64,000 nucleotides of DNA from an uncultured Desulfarculus sp. (GCA_963665125.2 CAXXUK010000002.1:1024001-1088000); one strand, 5' to 3'; counted from the stretch's first letter, positions 32,549 to 43,187 are shown. Numbers and translations are program-made. The notes: generated by a model not told the origin, from the letters alone.

Positions 32549-33112
32549 TTAGTCTGATTTTATTACTAATCCCACAAGGTTATATCTTGTGCGGAAAGTT
32601 TCCATTGCTTGTAATGCTTGTGATTTCGAGATGTAAGGCCCCACTCTGACCCTGTGGCGCGTGCCCAGACCTCCGACCTTGGTCTCCACGGTCTGAGCGG
32701 GGTGGCCAGCCGCGCTGAGCTTTTTTTGCAGGTCTTGGGCCTGGTCCTTCAGCTTGAACGACGCCACCTGGACATAATATCCGTTTCCGGAGTCGGCGGA
32801 GGATTTGTCAGGCTGTGCCGACGGTGCCGGGGGCGGCGCCGTCTTGCCGTTTTGTAGGTTTTCGAAAGAGGTCATATCCAATCGGGACGAGACAAGGGGC
32901 TGTTCGATCTGCTCCTTGGCCGTCAGGTCGGCCAGACCCGTAGTCTCCATAAACCACTGAATTTGTTCCGGCGAGGCGATTACGCCCTGGCCCACCAAAA
33001 TGCCCAGCACAAAGGCCCATACCACCAATACGGCGCAGAGCAGCCAGCGCGACCACCCGGGCAAGGGGGGGCGCTGGGATGCTTTGCGGCGCTGGCTTTT
33101 GGATGGGGCCAT
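32549..33112 (-). CDS. SPOR-domain (FtsN/DedD-like) protein
   Basis: Single TM, Pro-rich linker, YYVQVASF...HRVRVGPY; follows argS. Confidence 0.88.
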   Translation of the reverse strand: MAPSKSQRRKASQRPPLPGWSRWLLCAVLVVWAFVLGILVGQGVIASPEQIQWFMETTGLADLTAKEQIEQPLVSSRLDMTSFENLQNGKTAPPPAPSAQPDKSSADSGNGYYVQVASFKLKDQAQDLQKKLSAAGHPAQTVETKVGGLGTRHRVRVGPYISKSQALQAMETFRTRYNLVGLVIKSD

Positions 33113-33121
33113 ATGACTTCG

Positions 33122-34786
33122 CTACATCGACTCCGGCGCGGACACTCCCAACAGGCCCAGGCCGTTGCGCAGGACCTGGCCCACGGCCATGGCCACGCAG
33201 AGGCGGGCGGCGCTCAGGGCCAAGTCGTCCACCAGGATATGGGTTTCATTGTAATAGCTGTGGAACATGCCGGCCAACTCCCGCAGGAAGTAGGTTATGC
33301 GGTGCGGTTCCAGGGCCTCGGCCGCCCCCTGAAGCGTTTCCGGGTAGCGGGCCATCTGTTTGATCATGTCCACTTCGCCCTGGCTAAGGACCGAAAGATC
33401 GGCCTTGGCCGGGTCCGGCGGGGCCACGCCCGCCTCATTGGCCTTGCGCATCACGCTGGCGACCCTGGTGTGGGCATACTGCACGTAGAACACCGGGTTG
33501 TCCATGCTCTTTTGCTTGGCAACTTCCAGGTCGAAATCGAGCTGGGCGTCGGAGCGGCGGGTCAGGAAAATGAAGCGCGCCGCGTCCGGGCCGACCTCAT
33601 CGATGACCTCCCGCAGGGTCACGAATTCGCCGGCCCTGGTGCTCATGGCCACGGGCTGGCCGCCCCGCAAAAGGTTGACCATCTGGACCAGCACCACGGT
33701 GAGGTCCTCGGGGCTGCGGCCCAAACCTTCCACGGCGGCCTTGAGCCGGGGAACGTAACCATGGTGGTCGGCGCCCCAGACGTCGACGACCTTGCCGAAA
33801 CCCCGGCGGAATTTGTCCAGGTGATAGGCAATGTCTGAGGCAAAGTAGGTCAGTTCGCCGTTGGAGCGGCGTACCACCCGGTCCTTGTCGTCGCCGAAAT
33901 CCGTGGAGCGGAACCACAGCGCGCCCTCGGACTCGAAGAGCATGCCCCTGGCCTGCAATTCATCAAGGGCGGCCTGGACCTTGCCCTTTGTAAACAGAGA
34001 GCGTTCGCTGAACCAGTTGTCGATGCCCACGCTGAACACATTCAGGTCGTCGCGGATGCCGCCCAATATCTTGCCCCCGGCCCACTTGGCGGCCAGGGCC
34101 ACGGCCTCGTCCTCGGGCAGGTCCAGCAGACCCGCGCCCTCGTCGGTGGCCAGGAACTCGCCGGCCAGGTCGCTGATGTACTGGCCCATGTAATGTTTTT
34201 GGGGAAATTCTTCATCCGAGCCGCGAAGCTGGCGGGCCCGGATCAGCACCGAGCGGCCCAGGGTGTTCATCTGGTTGCCCGCGTCGTTGATGTAGTATTC
34301 GCGTTCCACGGCGTAGCCGGCGGCGTTCAACAGGCGGGCCAGGACATCGCCCAGGGCCGCGCCCCGGCCGTGGCCCACGTGCAGCGGGCCGGTGGGGTTG
34401 GCGCTGACAAACTCCACCTGGGCCTTCTTGCCGCCGCCCCACTGGCCCCGGCCATAGTTTTCCGCCCCGGCCACGATTTCGGGCACCAGGGCCAGCCAGG
34501 CGCCTTGGCGGATAAACAGGTTGATGAAGCCGGGACCGGCGATCTCGGCCTTTTCCACAAGCCCGCCAGCGTCGCCCAAGTGCTTGACCAGCACCTCGGC
34601 TATGGCCCTGGGGTTCATGCGGCAGGGCTTGGCCAGGATCATGGCCAGGTTTATGGCCAAATCGCCGTGATCGGCCTGCTTGGGCGATTCAATGGCGAAT
34701 ACGGGGCATTCCACCTCGGGTAGGTCGCCGGCCTGGCCGGCCGCGGCCAGGGCCTTGGTAATGGCTTGGCGAAACTTATCCTTCAT
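33122..34786 (-). CDS. argS: Arginine--tRNA ligase
   Basis: AGPGFIN, EFVSANPTGPLHVGHGRGA, WGADHHGY, MSTRAG, YVQYAH. Confidence 0.98.
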   Translation of the reverse strand: MKDKFRQAITKALAAAGQAGDLPEVECPVFAIESPKQADHGDLAINLAMILAKPCRMNPRAIAEVLVKHLGDAGGLVEKAEIAGPGFINLFIRQGAWLALVPEIVAGAENYGRGQWGGGKKAQVEFVSANPTGPLHVGHGRGAALGDVLARLLNAAGYAVEREYYINDAGNQMNTLGRSVLIRARQLRGSDEEFPQKHYMGQYISDLAGEFLATDEGAGLLDLPEDEAVALAAKWAGGKILGGIRDDLNVFSVGIDNWFSERSLFTKGKVQAALDELQARGMLFESEGALWFRSTDFGDDKDRVVRRSNGELTYFASDIAYHLDKFRRGFGKVVDVWGADHHGYVPRLKAAVEGLGRSPEDLTVVLVQMVNLLRGGQPVAMSTRAGEFVTLREVIDEVGPDAARFIFLTRRSDAQLDFDLEVAKQKSMDNPVFYVQYAHTRVASVMRKANEAGVAPPDPAKADLSVLSQGEVDMIKQMARYPETLQGAAEALEPHRITYFLRELAGMFHSYYNETHILVDDLALSAARLCVAMAVGQVLRNGLGLLGVSAPESM

Positions 34787-34952
34787 TTCTGCTTTCACTC
34801 TCGGCGGGTATGGTCATGTCCCTGGCATAGTCCGGGCATTTGGCAAAGCCGCCTTGTTCAAACGAATATTTTTTTTTGCAGTCGGCCCGCCAGGCGCAGA
34901 CCGAGCACAGGGTTTTGGTCTCGGAACCAATGGGCGGTTTGGTTTGGGCCAT
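34776..34952 (-). CDS. Small Cys-rich protein, 58 aa (not in the ORF track)
   Basis: Manual translation MAQTKPPIGSETKTLCSVCAWRADCKKKYSFEQGGFAKCPDYARDMTIPAESESRNEG; GGAG RBS; 3' end overlaps the argS start. Confidence 0.72.
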   Translation of the reverse strand: MAQTKPPIGSETKTLCSVCAWRADCKKKYSFEQGGFAKCPDYARDMTIPAESESRNEG

Positions 34953-35030
34953 TTTTATCTGCTCCGTGAAAAGGGCCGGGCTTACATTTGGAAAGTACAG
35001 CGAAGAAGTTACCCCGGCCTTGGCCGCCGG

Positions 35031-36176
35031 TCAAGCGGGCTGGTACTGCTGCTTGTTTGACGCGCCCAATCGGCAGAGAATTTCGTAGGGGATCGTATCG
35101 GCCCAGGTTGCCAGTTCATCGGGCGTAATTTCGTCGTTGTCCTGGCGGCCCAACAGCACAACCTCGTCGCCGGGCCGGGGCAGGGGCTCGAAGTTTCCCA
35201 GGTCCAAAACAGTCAGGTTCATGCACACCCGGCCCACCACCGGGGCCCTGCCGCCGTGGACCAGCATGCTGGCCTTGTTGGAGGCCGAGCGGGGATAGCC
35301 GTCGCCGTAGCCTGCGGCCACCACGCCAAGCCAGGTATTTTCCGGGGCTGTCCAGGTGCAGCCGTAGGACACCGGAGTGCCCTTGCCCACGGGCTTGACC
35401 AACAATAGCGAACTGGAAAAACGCATGGCTCCCTTTATAGGGGCCATGTCGGACGTGGCTTGGTCTGGGTGTCCGCCGTAAAGAGCGATGCCCACCCTGG
35501 CGATAAACGGCGCTCCGGGCATGCCCGGCGGAGGAGCGATGGCCCCGCCGCTGTTGCTGAGGCTGGAGTCGGGAAGTTCGATGCCCTCCCTGGCGGCCTG
35601 GGCAATGACATCGCTGAACACGCGGGCCTGTTTTTCGGCGTGGGTCTTGTCCGCCTCGCCGCCAGTGGCCAGATGACTGACGATGCCTCGGATCTGCACG
35701 CCGTCCAGCCGGGACGAGCGCCTGAGAAGCTGCATGACGTCGCCGGGGGACAGCCCCAAACGGCCCATGCCCGAGTCCAGTTTGATGTGGCATTGGGCCT
35801 TGAGCCCCAGGGACTTGGCGGCACCTGACAGGGCCTCGATCAGTTCAAAATCTTGGAGAACCGGGGTCAGACGCAGGCGGGCCGCCTTGGCGGCCTGGTC
35901 CTCGACCATGCCCAGCAGCAGGATAATGGGCCCGGCCAGGCCTTCCCTACGCAGTATGGCTCCCTCTTCGGCGTGGGCCACGGCCAGAAATTCGGCCCCG
36001 GCCTCTTTTAATTTTCGGGCAACGGGGACCATGCCGTGACCATAAGCATCAGATTTGACCACGCCGGCGACCCTGACGCCCTTGGGCAGACATCCGCGAA
36101 CCGTCTGGAGATTTTCCGCGATGGTATCGAGGTCGATATTCAACAGGTTATGGGGGCCGGGTACGGGGTTAGGCAC
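35031..36176 (-). CDS. alr: Alanine racemase
   Basis: VVKSDAYGHG, HIKLDSGMGRLG, GYGDGY, GRVCM, TIPYEILC; GTG start after GGAGG. Confidence 0.96.
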   Translation of the reverse strand: MPNPVPGPHNLLNIDLDTIAENLQTVRGCLPKGVRVAGVVKSDAYGHGMVPVARKLKEAGAEFLAVAHAEEGAILRREGLAGPIILLLGMVEDQAAKAARLRLTPVLQDFELIEALSGAAKSLGLKAQCHIKLDSGMGRLGLSPGDVMQLLRRSSRLDGVQIRGIVSHLATGGEADKTHAEKQARVFSDVIAQAAREGIELPDSSLSNSGGAIAPPPGMPGAPFIARVGIALYGGHPDQATSDMAPIKGAMRFSSSLLLVKPVGKGTPVSYGCTWTAPENTWLGVVAAGYGDGYPRSASNKASMLVHGGRAPVVGRVCMNLTVLDLGNFEPLPRPGDEVVLLGRQDNDEITPDELATWADTIPYEILCRLGASNKQQYQPA

Positions 36177-36321
36177 TACATGATCCTCCAACGCTTTTCT
36201 ATACCAACCAGGTTCCAATGACAAGAGAAGCTTCACAAGTGCCGCAATGCAAGGCGGTTGAGGCGCGCGGGGCAACAACACTCTTTACATTCGGCGTCTG
36301 GGATATAATATTAGCGGGCAC

Positions 36322-36398
<77 letters not shown>

Positions 36399-36409
36399 TT
36401 AACATCAAG

Positions 36410-36655
36410 GGGATAGGCTTGGTTGTTCTCGACCTGGGCATGCCTGGAATGGGCGGACACAAATGCCTGAAAGAAATACTAGTGATCAACCCCCGGGCCA
36501 AAGTGGTCGTCGCCAGCGGTTACACCACCGACGGCCAAGACCGGCAGCCCCTGTTAGCCGGAGCGGCGGCCTTCGTTGGCAAGCCATATAGGATGAACGA
36601 ATTGCTGGAGACGGTAAGGGAGGTGCTTGATAAAAACGAGCATCGCCCGAATTGA
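36410..36655 (+). pseudogene. Truncated receiver domain (C-terminal half only)
   Basis: IGLVVLDLGMPGMGG..CLKEI...VVVASGY...FVGKPY; lacks the N-terminal acidic-pocket strand and an RBS. Confidence 0.72.
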
Positions 36656-36980
36656 TTTTCAATGGGCGCGAACCTGTACAACCCATCGGTTACTCCTGTG
36701 ATATTGGCCAAGTATATCAATAAGATCAGTATTGAGGTTGATCCCTAGACGGCAGATTGATCCGGCTTGTCACTGCCTCCCATTGCTTGATCCGGCCCAG
36801 TCCATGGGCCACTGGAATACGCTAGTAAATTGTTTAAAGGAGTTGTTCTGTTACATCACAGAAGAGCCAGAATGAATCCACCAGGCGGTACTATTCGCCG
36901 GAAATCAAGCTCGAGGCCCTGGGCTTGGCTGAGCAGGTTGGCGTGGCCGGGTCCCGCGGACCGAGATGTTGCCGCTTCTA

Positions 36981-37652
36981 TTAGTCGCCGCCGGTTTCTT
37001 TCTCCACGTCCAGATGAAAATTTGCGTCTTTCAGGGAAGACTCAAGAGATCCGAGTATTTCAGTAAAGCTCTCCCGCATCTCCTCAAGGGGCACGTCGTC
37101 GTAGTCTCCCCGGAAGTGAAGGTATTCCATGTGACGATGGCCGTCGAGGTCCCAAGAATGGAAGATGGAGTCTTCCAGACCGTTAAACTCGAGGGGCTTT
37201 AAACGAAACTTTTCGCACAGTTCAATGTTGAAGGCTGGTGTGGCTTTGACCCATTTTCTGTTCAGGTAGATGCTGGTGTAGCCGTGCCAATGAAATATGT
37301 CCGTCTTCATTTTTTCCCGCAGGCGCTCGGTCGACAGGTGGTTGCGGACGTCAGCGTATCCCACCTGGGTAGGTATGCCCAACACCCGGCAGCAGGCCGC
37401 CAGGAGCGCGGCCTTGGGCACGCACCAGGATTCCCCGACTTTCAATGTGGTGGAAGCCTTGAGGCCCTCGACAGTAAGGTCGAACTGGTAGGGATTGTAT
37501 CTGATTCCGTCACGGACCGCATAATAGAGGCTGACCGCCTGATCCGTTTGATTGGAGGAATTGCCGGCATGCTGAATGGCGAATTTTCGAACTGCTTCAT
37601 GGTCGGAATCTATAATGGTGGTGGATCCCAGATGCTCGGGCCTTGGTTCCAT
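36981..37652 (-). CDS. Transglutaminase-like domain protein
   Basis: LYYAVRDGIRYNPY, WCVPKAALL, WHGY, WVKATPAF. Confidence 0.9.
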   Translation of the reverse strand: MEPRPEHLGSTTIIDSDHEAVRKFAIQHAGNSSNQTDQAVSLYYAVRDGIRYNPYQFDLTVEGLKASTTLKVGESWCVPKAALLAACCRVLGIPTQVGYADVRNHLSTERLREKMKTDIFHWHGYTSIYLNRKWVKATPAFNIELCEKFRLKPLEFNGLEDSIFHSWDLDGHRHMEYLHFRGDYDDVPLEEMRESFTEILGSLESSLKDANFHLDVEKETGGD

Positions 37653-38073
37653 GAAAACACTCCTGGCTCATGAGATTTTTCAGCGGCGCCGGGTTTCGGT
37701 AGTTGCAATCCCTTGCTCCGAGTACGAAGCGGTGATGCGCAGTGTAGCATAAGATGGCTTATATTGTTAGTTCGGGGTGTTGGGCGATAAAACGCCAATA
37801 TCTTAAAATTTGGGATTTTTGCTATGCTCATGCTGTTTTCAAACAATAACGGCCAGAAACCTACCCCCTAAATTATGGCAACGTGTAAACATCCCTCGTT
37901 CAGCGCCATTGACAAATAGAGATTGCAGGGTCGTTGAGCCTCACTCCCAGGCTGCCTTTTCCCAGCACCGCGTCTACCAATGCCCCACCAGGCTTGAATC
38001 ACCGTTATTAATAGAAAAAGAGCCAAGCATAACGCTTGGCTCCTGGTTCTTATAATGTAATGTTTTTTAGCGC

Positions 38074-38919
38074 TTATTCGACTTCGCCCCAGGCCTTGGC
38101 GCTGCGGTTGACCTTTTTGCGCACCTCGTGCCAAGCGCCGTCCACGTTAAACATGGATTCCGGAAGGGCCGCCAACATCTTTTTGTATAGCGACAGGGGC
38201 ACGGTAAACGTCAACTCATCTGTTTTCATGAACTTTCTTGCCGAGGGGTCGAAACCTCCCAATACTGCTTTTTCCTGGCCCTTTTGCTGGTAATACAGCG
38301 GCCAGGCGATCATGTTTGTACAGCCTGCGCCAAAGGGAACGGCCACTACGTTAACATCGCCGGTGGTGAAGGCGGTATGGGTGAACAACCCGGTGAGCAC
38401 CTCGGGCCTGGCGAAAAAGATGATAAATTCTGGTTCTTCGCCATCCTCGAACAGGGACAGGGGTTTGAATAGACAGTATTTGCCCGGAGCCGGGCGCGGA
38501 TCGACCTCGGCCAGGAATTTTTGCATGGACTCGGGGGAGGGCATGTAGCGCTCGCCATGGACGGGACTGCCCGGGATGCCCGTGCTCACGTAATACTCAA
38601 TGAAGCGCAGGTTGGGCTTCATCATGGAGCAATAATACACGCCTCCGAGGCAGCCCCACTCCTGGGAGGATATAAAGGCCGCGCGGCGCTTTTTTCGCGC
38701 CAACCAGACGTTGCCCATCACGCAGGAAAAGTTCTTGAAAACCTCCTGCATGTCAACCTTGCCTTGTTCTTCCAACTCCCGGGAGGCCTCGGGGCCCGGC
38801 TTTGGCCCAAATGCGTTTTCCGGCTTGGTGTCGGAGTAGTAAACTCCAAAGGGCTCTTCGTCCAATCCGAGGTATTCCAAAAACTTTTTGGTGTCGTCTA
38901 GTATCGCTTGCATTGCCAT
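38074..38919 (-). CDS. DUF169 family protein
   Basis: SCVMG, WGCLGG, PFGAGC, AVLGGFDPSARK, DELTFTVP. Confidence 0.82.
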   Translation of the reverse strand: MAMQAILDDTKKFLEYLGLDEEPFGVYYSDTKPENAFGPKPGPEASRELEEQGKVDMQEVFKNFSCVMGNVWLARKKRRAAFISSQEWGCLGGVYYCSMMKPNLRFIEYYVSTGIPGSPVHGERYMPSPESMQKFLAEVDPRPAPGKYCLFKPLSLFEDGEEPEFIIFFARPEVLTGLFTHTAFTTGDVNVVAVPFGAGCTNMIAWPLYYQQKGQEKAVLGGFDPSARKFMKTDELTFTVPLSLYKKMLAALPESMFNVDGAWHEVRKKVNRSAKAWGEVE

Positions 38920-39124
38920 GGGCTTTTCCCTTTCTTGTAGGTTGCCTTGGTCTTTATTAAAAATTTGGCAATCTGTATTTTTGTAAGGCGGTTTTTACGA
39001 GACACATGCCGCACTTGTCAGGTCAGGCTCCGCAGCCCCGGCGCGAATTGCGGACTATGCGAAATATTTCCATAATATTGTCCCCTTGAAGTAGTGCGAA
39101 CAACAAATGCGCAAACTCGTAAAC

Positions 39125-39571
39125 CTAGTAGATGGATTCACCCAAATTACCTATCAACCGGGTTAATAATGTCTGGCACAACAATCGTTCTTCTTGGCTC
39201 ATACCGCGTTGGGCCTCTTCCAATACTGACCTGGCGATGACAGCGCAACGCTGGACAGCCTCCAGGGCCTTCGGTGTAGGAGTGAGCAGTTTTTTCCGGC
39301 TGTCACCCTTGAGCTTGGTCCGCATGATCCAGCCATGGCGCTCCAACCGGTTGGCAAGGCGGCTTGTACTGGATTTTTCCAGGCACAACCGTTCGCCGAC
39401 ATGGCCCTGAGTCATGCCGTCGCCGTCAAGCAAAACCAGCAGGGCGCCCCATTGCTCGGCGGTCATGTCGATACCGGCTTCTTGGAACCGCTTGCCCAGG
39501 GTGCTGCTAAGCAAACGGCTGGCCAGCCCGGTCAGGTATCCCAGTGATTTTTTTCGGTCATAGGTAAACAT
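39125..39571 (-). CDS. MarR-family regulator
   Basis: TAEQW..L, TQ..GERLCLEKSSTSRL..RLE..GWI.R, DSRKK. Confidence 0.92.
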   Translation of the reverse strand: MFTYDRKKSLGYLTGLASRLLSSTLGKRFQEAGIDMTAEQWGALLVLLDGDGMTQGHVGERLCLEKSSTSRLANRLERHGWIMRTKLKGDSRKKLLTPTPKALEAVQRCAVIARSVLEEAQRGMSQEERLLCQTLLTRLIGNLGESIY

Positions 39572-39577
39572 GATATA

Positions 39578-39597
39578 TTAGTTGTACGTGCAACTAA
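39578..39597. promoter_or_regulatory. Putative MarR operator
   Basis: TTAGTTGTACGTGCAACTAA near-perfect palindrome 6 bp upstream of the marR ATG. Confidence 0.7.
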
Positions 39598-40083
39598 ATG
39601 TCTGGTCAATAAACATTCGGGAATTTATAGGGAAAAGCTAGTCTTTAGTCCGGATGCTGTTCGCGGTATCTCAAGCCAGAGGCAGTTGTTTTGGACGAGC
39701 AGGTGGGGGAGGTGGACTCCTTCTCCAACGCCAAAAAATAGACCAGCCAGAAAACGGGCAGGTGAGACTTTTTTAAACGGCGGTTGTAAGGTGGCTGTTT
39801 TTTTTACGTCAAAGCACTTGGAGCTGGCAACTTGAACAAGGGCTCCGACCGTATGGCAGAAAGTGCTTTACCTGCAAAAGGGATTTGGCTATTTAATAAA
39901 GAGTATTAAATAAAAATACTTCGTCAAACAGTAAATTGGCACATAACCGTTGACGGCAAAAATATAATGATCAACGGTGTTTATAAAATAGAAGTCGTTT
40001 AAGCAACGGTGATCCGGCACTGCCCCGTCTGATATCATGCTTAAATTAATAGCAATTTAACCAAAACTGAGAGGGAAGACGCC

Positions 40084-41454
40084 ATGGTTCATCTTCCAGC
40101 TGAGGTAGGGTTTCGCCTTAAATTACGCGTTGTCATCATTTGCATTTTGTGCATCGCGTTATTGGCCCCGGTGGCAACCGCCATTGCCGCCGATGGGCCG
40201 GGCAGAACGGAAGTATCAGGCGCTGAACTGTATCTGAGGAAATTTGAGGGTCATGTAAAACGCATGAACGGCAAGGCGTTCAGCCTGCGTTTTGACGACA
40301 AGGAAGCACTCAAACGCATCAAAAAGCTCAAGGAAACATACCCTGACGACCTGGTGGTCGAAGCGCTTTTCCAGAGGGCGCGCAAGGCGTTGATGGCCAG
40401 CAAGGGTGACTACTTCACCATCACCCCGGCCATGCTGGCCTACCGGGAACAGGAGAAGATACTCCGGGAAAAGATGGACAAAATTGCCCAGGACGCCTGG
40501 CGGGACCTGCTGGCCAAAATGCGCCAAGACCCGGCCATCACCTTCAAGGAGCAAGCCTTCCCCTGCCTGGACCCGGCCAACAGCGACCCGGACAGCGTCA
40601 TCGGCACCTATGTGTTATTGGACGACATCCGTTTTCCGGACAACGAGTTCCGGGACATGGGCGGGCAATATCTGTACATGGGCAGCGGCGCCAAGGGGTT
40701 CTACTACATAAGCCTCTCCAATCGTTCCTGGTTGGGGGCCTACGAGGCCATCAAGCGATACCGCCGCCAGGTTACCCAGGACACCCCCAACCCGTGGCAG
40801 GTGCTGGGCAAGATCTCCAACGTGGTCATGCTGATCCCCGACTCCAGCAAGGAAAAGGCCAAGCCTCCGGCATTCGGCTGGCTTGTGGAGCCGGTGGCTT
40901 TGTATGCACCGGACCGGGTGTTGGCCTTTACCAAACCGGAAAACGAACTGGGTGGTGAATTCCAGGGCGAGGTCGAGCTGGCCGAGATTAAAAAGAGCAT
41001 GTACACCGTCGCAAGCGTGCCTGACGATGTCGAGCCCATGAAATTGGTGGAGATATTCGCCACGTCAATCAAAGAGAAAAACTGGCCGCTATATCTCGAT
41101 TGCATTGATCCCGCCCGGCGGAAGACACCCACCGCCATCAAACGCCTGCAATACTTTTATGAAAACAACCTGGAGCGCTATAGTCGCTGGTATGTGTATG
41201 TGCTGCCGGTCAAGGCCAAGCCCATTCAGGTCATCAAGGGTCAGGTAGTGCAGGAAGGCTCCACTGAAGACTTTTTCCTCAGCGATGAACAAAAAAAGAC
41301 CATAACCGAGCGAACTGAGCAGTTGGTGGAAGAAATGAAGGTGGAAATCCGTACCTATGATGAAAACGGAAAACAGTCGGCAATGCCCAAGGATGTGGTA
41401 CTGCGGCGTTTCGATGGCGGCAGATGGTACATCGCCAGCGGCTATCCCCTCTAG
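40084..41454 (+). CDS. Exported hypothetical protein
   Basis: 456 aa, AGAGGGA RBS, signal-like segment ending AIA-A, host-like codon usage. Confidence 0.8.
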   Translation: MVHLPAEVGFRLKLRVVIICILCIALLAPVATAIAADGPGRTEVSGAELYLRKFEGHVKRMNGKAFSLRFDDKEALKRIKKLKETYPDDLVVEALFQRARKALMASKGDYFTITPAMLAYREQEKILREKMDKIAQDAWRDLLAKMRQDPAITFKEQAFPCLDPANSDPDSVIGTYVLLDDIRFPDNEFRDMGGQYLYMGSGAKGFYYISLSNRSWLGAYEAIKRYRRQVTQDTPNPWQVLGKISNVVMLIPDSSKEKAKPPAFGWLVEPVALYAPDRVLAFTKPENELGGEFQGEVELAEIKKSMYTVASVPDDVEPMKLVEIFATSIKEKNWPLYLDCIDPARRKTPTAIKRLQYFYENNLERYSRWYVYVLPVKAKPIQVIKGQVVQEGSTEDFFLSDEQKKTITERTEQLVEEMKVEIRTYDENGKQSAMPKDVVLRRFDGGRWYIASGYPL

Positions 41455-41483
41455 AAACCGACCAACATACGGAGCTAAATATT

Positions 41484-42485
41484 ATGCGCAATATGCGACT
41501 GATAGGCATGACCGTGCTATTGCTGGCCGGTTTGGCCCTCCCGGCCCAGGCCACGATGGTTTCATTTCCCGACCGCATGACGGTGTGCAATGCGCTGCCC
41601 CCGAATAAAACCGCCCTATTGGCGGGCAATTGCCAGTCTTATTTCACGGTGGCTGACGCGGCGGGCCAAAAAATGGTCGACGAAATGGTCAATATCGTCA
41701 AGGCCAACCAGATCGTCTCACCGGTTGACGGCGTCAATGATTTCCGCTCGGTCAAGGACCAGGTGCTCAAGGCCCTCGACACCTTTCATGAGGCAGCCGT
41801 ATTGGCCAGCAAAACCGAGCATACGTCCCTCAAGGCAAAGATGAATCAGGCGTTCGACCAGGAGCGGGCGGACTTTTACAAGGCCTATGGGGTGTATTTG
41901 AGCATGGCCGAGGTTGGCGTGAAAATTCACAACGATTACCTTGACTTAAGTCAGGAATACGTCTCCATGGTGAAAAAGCGGGAGCAGCTCGTCAAAATGG
42001 CCAAGCAGGTCTCCAAGACTTACCTCTACTTGGCCAGGCTTGCCTCCGAGGCCAAACAAAGACCCCTGAGCCAGGCCCGCCTCAAGGACCTCGAGCCGCA
42101 GGTCAGGGCTATGGTCAACCTCACCAGGGCTATTTATCGGGCAACCGGCCACATGCGCGAAGAATACAAAAAGGTGTTGGTCAACAACAACCCCGAAGGC
42201 CTCAAGGCCGCCTTTGACCAGGCCGGAGCGGAGAAGGCCATGGAAGCGCTTTTCGCCAGCCGCAGCCATTGGGAGCCTTGGTTCTCCAAGATCAAGGCCC
42301 CGCTCAATGAATACGGAATGAAGCCGACCGTTAACAGGTACAACCAGTACAAGAAAAGATACAATGATATCTTCGGCGGTTCCATGGCTGCGGTGGTGGG
42401 CAACCTGCCGCCCTTTAACAAGGACAATCCCGTTGAGGCCATTAAAGCCAGCGTCCAGTGGTACAAGGGACAGGTCGGCCAGTAG
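41484..42485 (+). CDS. Exported helical hypothetical protein
   Basis: Signal peptide MRNMRLIG...PAQA; GGAG RBS. Confidence 0.8.
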   Translation: MRNMRLIGMTVLLLAGLALPAQATMVSFPDRMTVCNALPPNKTALLAGNCQSYFTVADAAGQKMVDEMVNIVKANQIVSPVDGVNDFRSVKDQVLKALDTFHEAAVLASKTEHTSLKAKMNQAFDQERADFYKAYGVYLSMAEVGVKIHNDYLDLSQEYVSMVKKREQLVKMAKQVSKTYLYLARLASEAKQRPLSQARLKDLEPQVRAMVNLTRAIYRATGHMREEYKKVLVNNNPEGLKAAFDQAGAEKAMEALFASRSHWEPWFSKIKAPLNEYGMKPTVNRYNQYKKRYNDIFGGSMAAVVGNLPPFNKDNPVEAIKASVQWYKGQVGQ

Positions 42486-42527
42486 CAGGCTGGTGGGCTG
42501 CTCCCCGCCGCATGGAAAGAGGGTTCA

Positions 42528-43187
42528 ATGAAAGCCTTAAAATACGTCCTCGGTTTTTTGGGCTACATGGTGGCCTGGGTGCCGATCATCCTGGTGACCA
42601 TGTTGACCCTGGAAAAGCTGCTCCCGGGCAATCAAGGCGCCATAGCCATAGCAATATTAATCTACCTGTTCGTAATAATCATCGGCATGGTCCCGTTCAT
42701 GCAGTGGCTGGCCAAGAAGGTTTTCGTCTACCCCGGCGAGGGCGAACCCGTCAGCGAAGCCCAGCTCCGCGAAAAGATCATGGACATCAACAACTACGAC
42801 GTGCCGGTGATGGTCAAGCAAAAGAAGAAAAAGCTCATCGTCACCTGGAATTATGTCAACGCCAAGTGGTACGGCATTATTTCCAAGGCCGGGATGGATC
42901 AGGTCTACGAACTGATCATCAAGTTCAACGACGCCAAGAAAACCGCCACCCTGATAGACGTGCACAAAAAGGTCAGTTGGGGCGTGGACACCGGTTCGGC
43001 TAAGCTGGCCGCATCCTTTTTCCGGGGCATTGACCTTAGCTATGAGCGGGGCATCGCCTATGGCATCAAAGAGGGCTTCGAACTGGGCAAGATTTACGAT
43101 TACAAGTTCACCACCTCGGAGATCAAGGACCCGGTGATGAACACCATCCTGGGCTCGGGCTGGCAAGTCCGGTTCGGCATGTGGTAG
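42528..43187 (+). CDS. Hypothetical membrane protein (2 N-terminal TM)
   Basis: Two hydrophobic helices followed by a soluble domain. Confidence 0.8.
   Translation: MKALKYVLGFLGYMVAWVPIILVTMLTLEKLLPGNQGAIAIAILIYLFVIIIGMVPFMQWLAKKVFVYPGEGEPVSEAQLREKIMDINNYDVPVMVKQKKKKLIVTWNYVNAKWYGIISKAGMDQVYELIIKFNDAKKTATLIDVHKKVSWGVDTGSAKLAASFFRGIDLSYERGIAYGIKEGFELGKIYDYKFTTSEIKDPVMNTILGSGWQVRFGMW

Noticed and set aside
37925..37993. tRNA-Leu-like string on the minus strand (GGTGGGGCATTGGTAGACGCG)
   Set aside because: Only the D-arm resembles a tRNA; no valid anticodon arm, T-loop or acceptor stem
39790..40030. c-di-GMP or other riboswitch
   Set aside because: Conserved aptamer motifs could not be assembled
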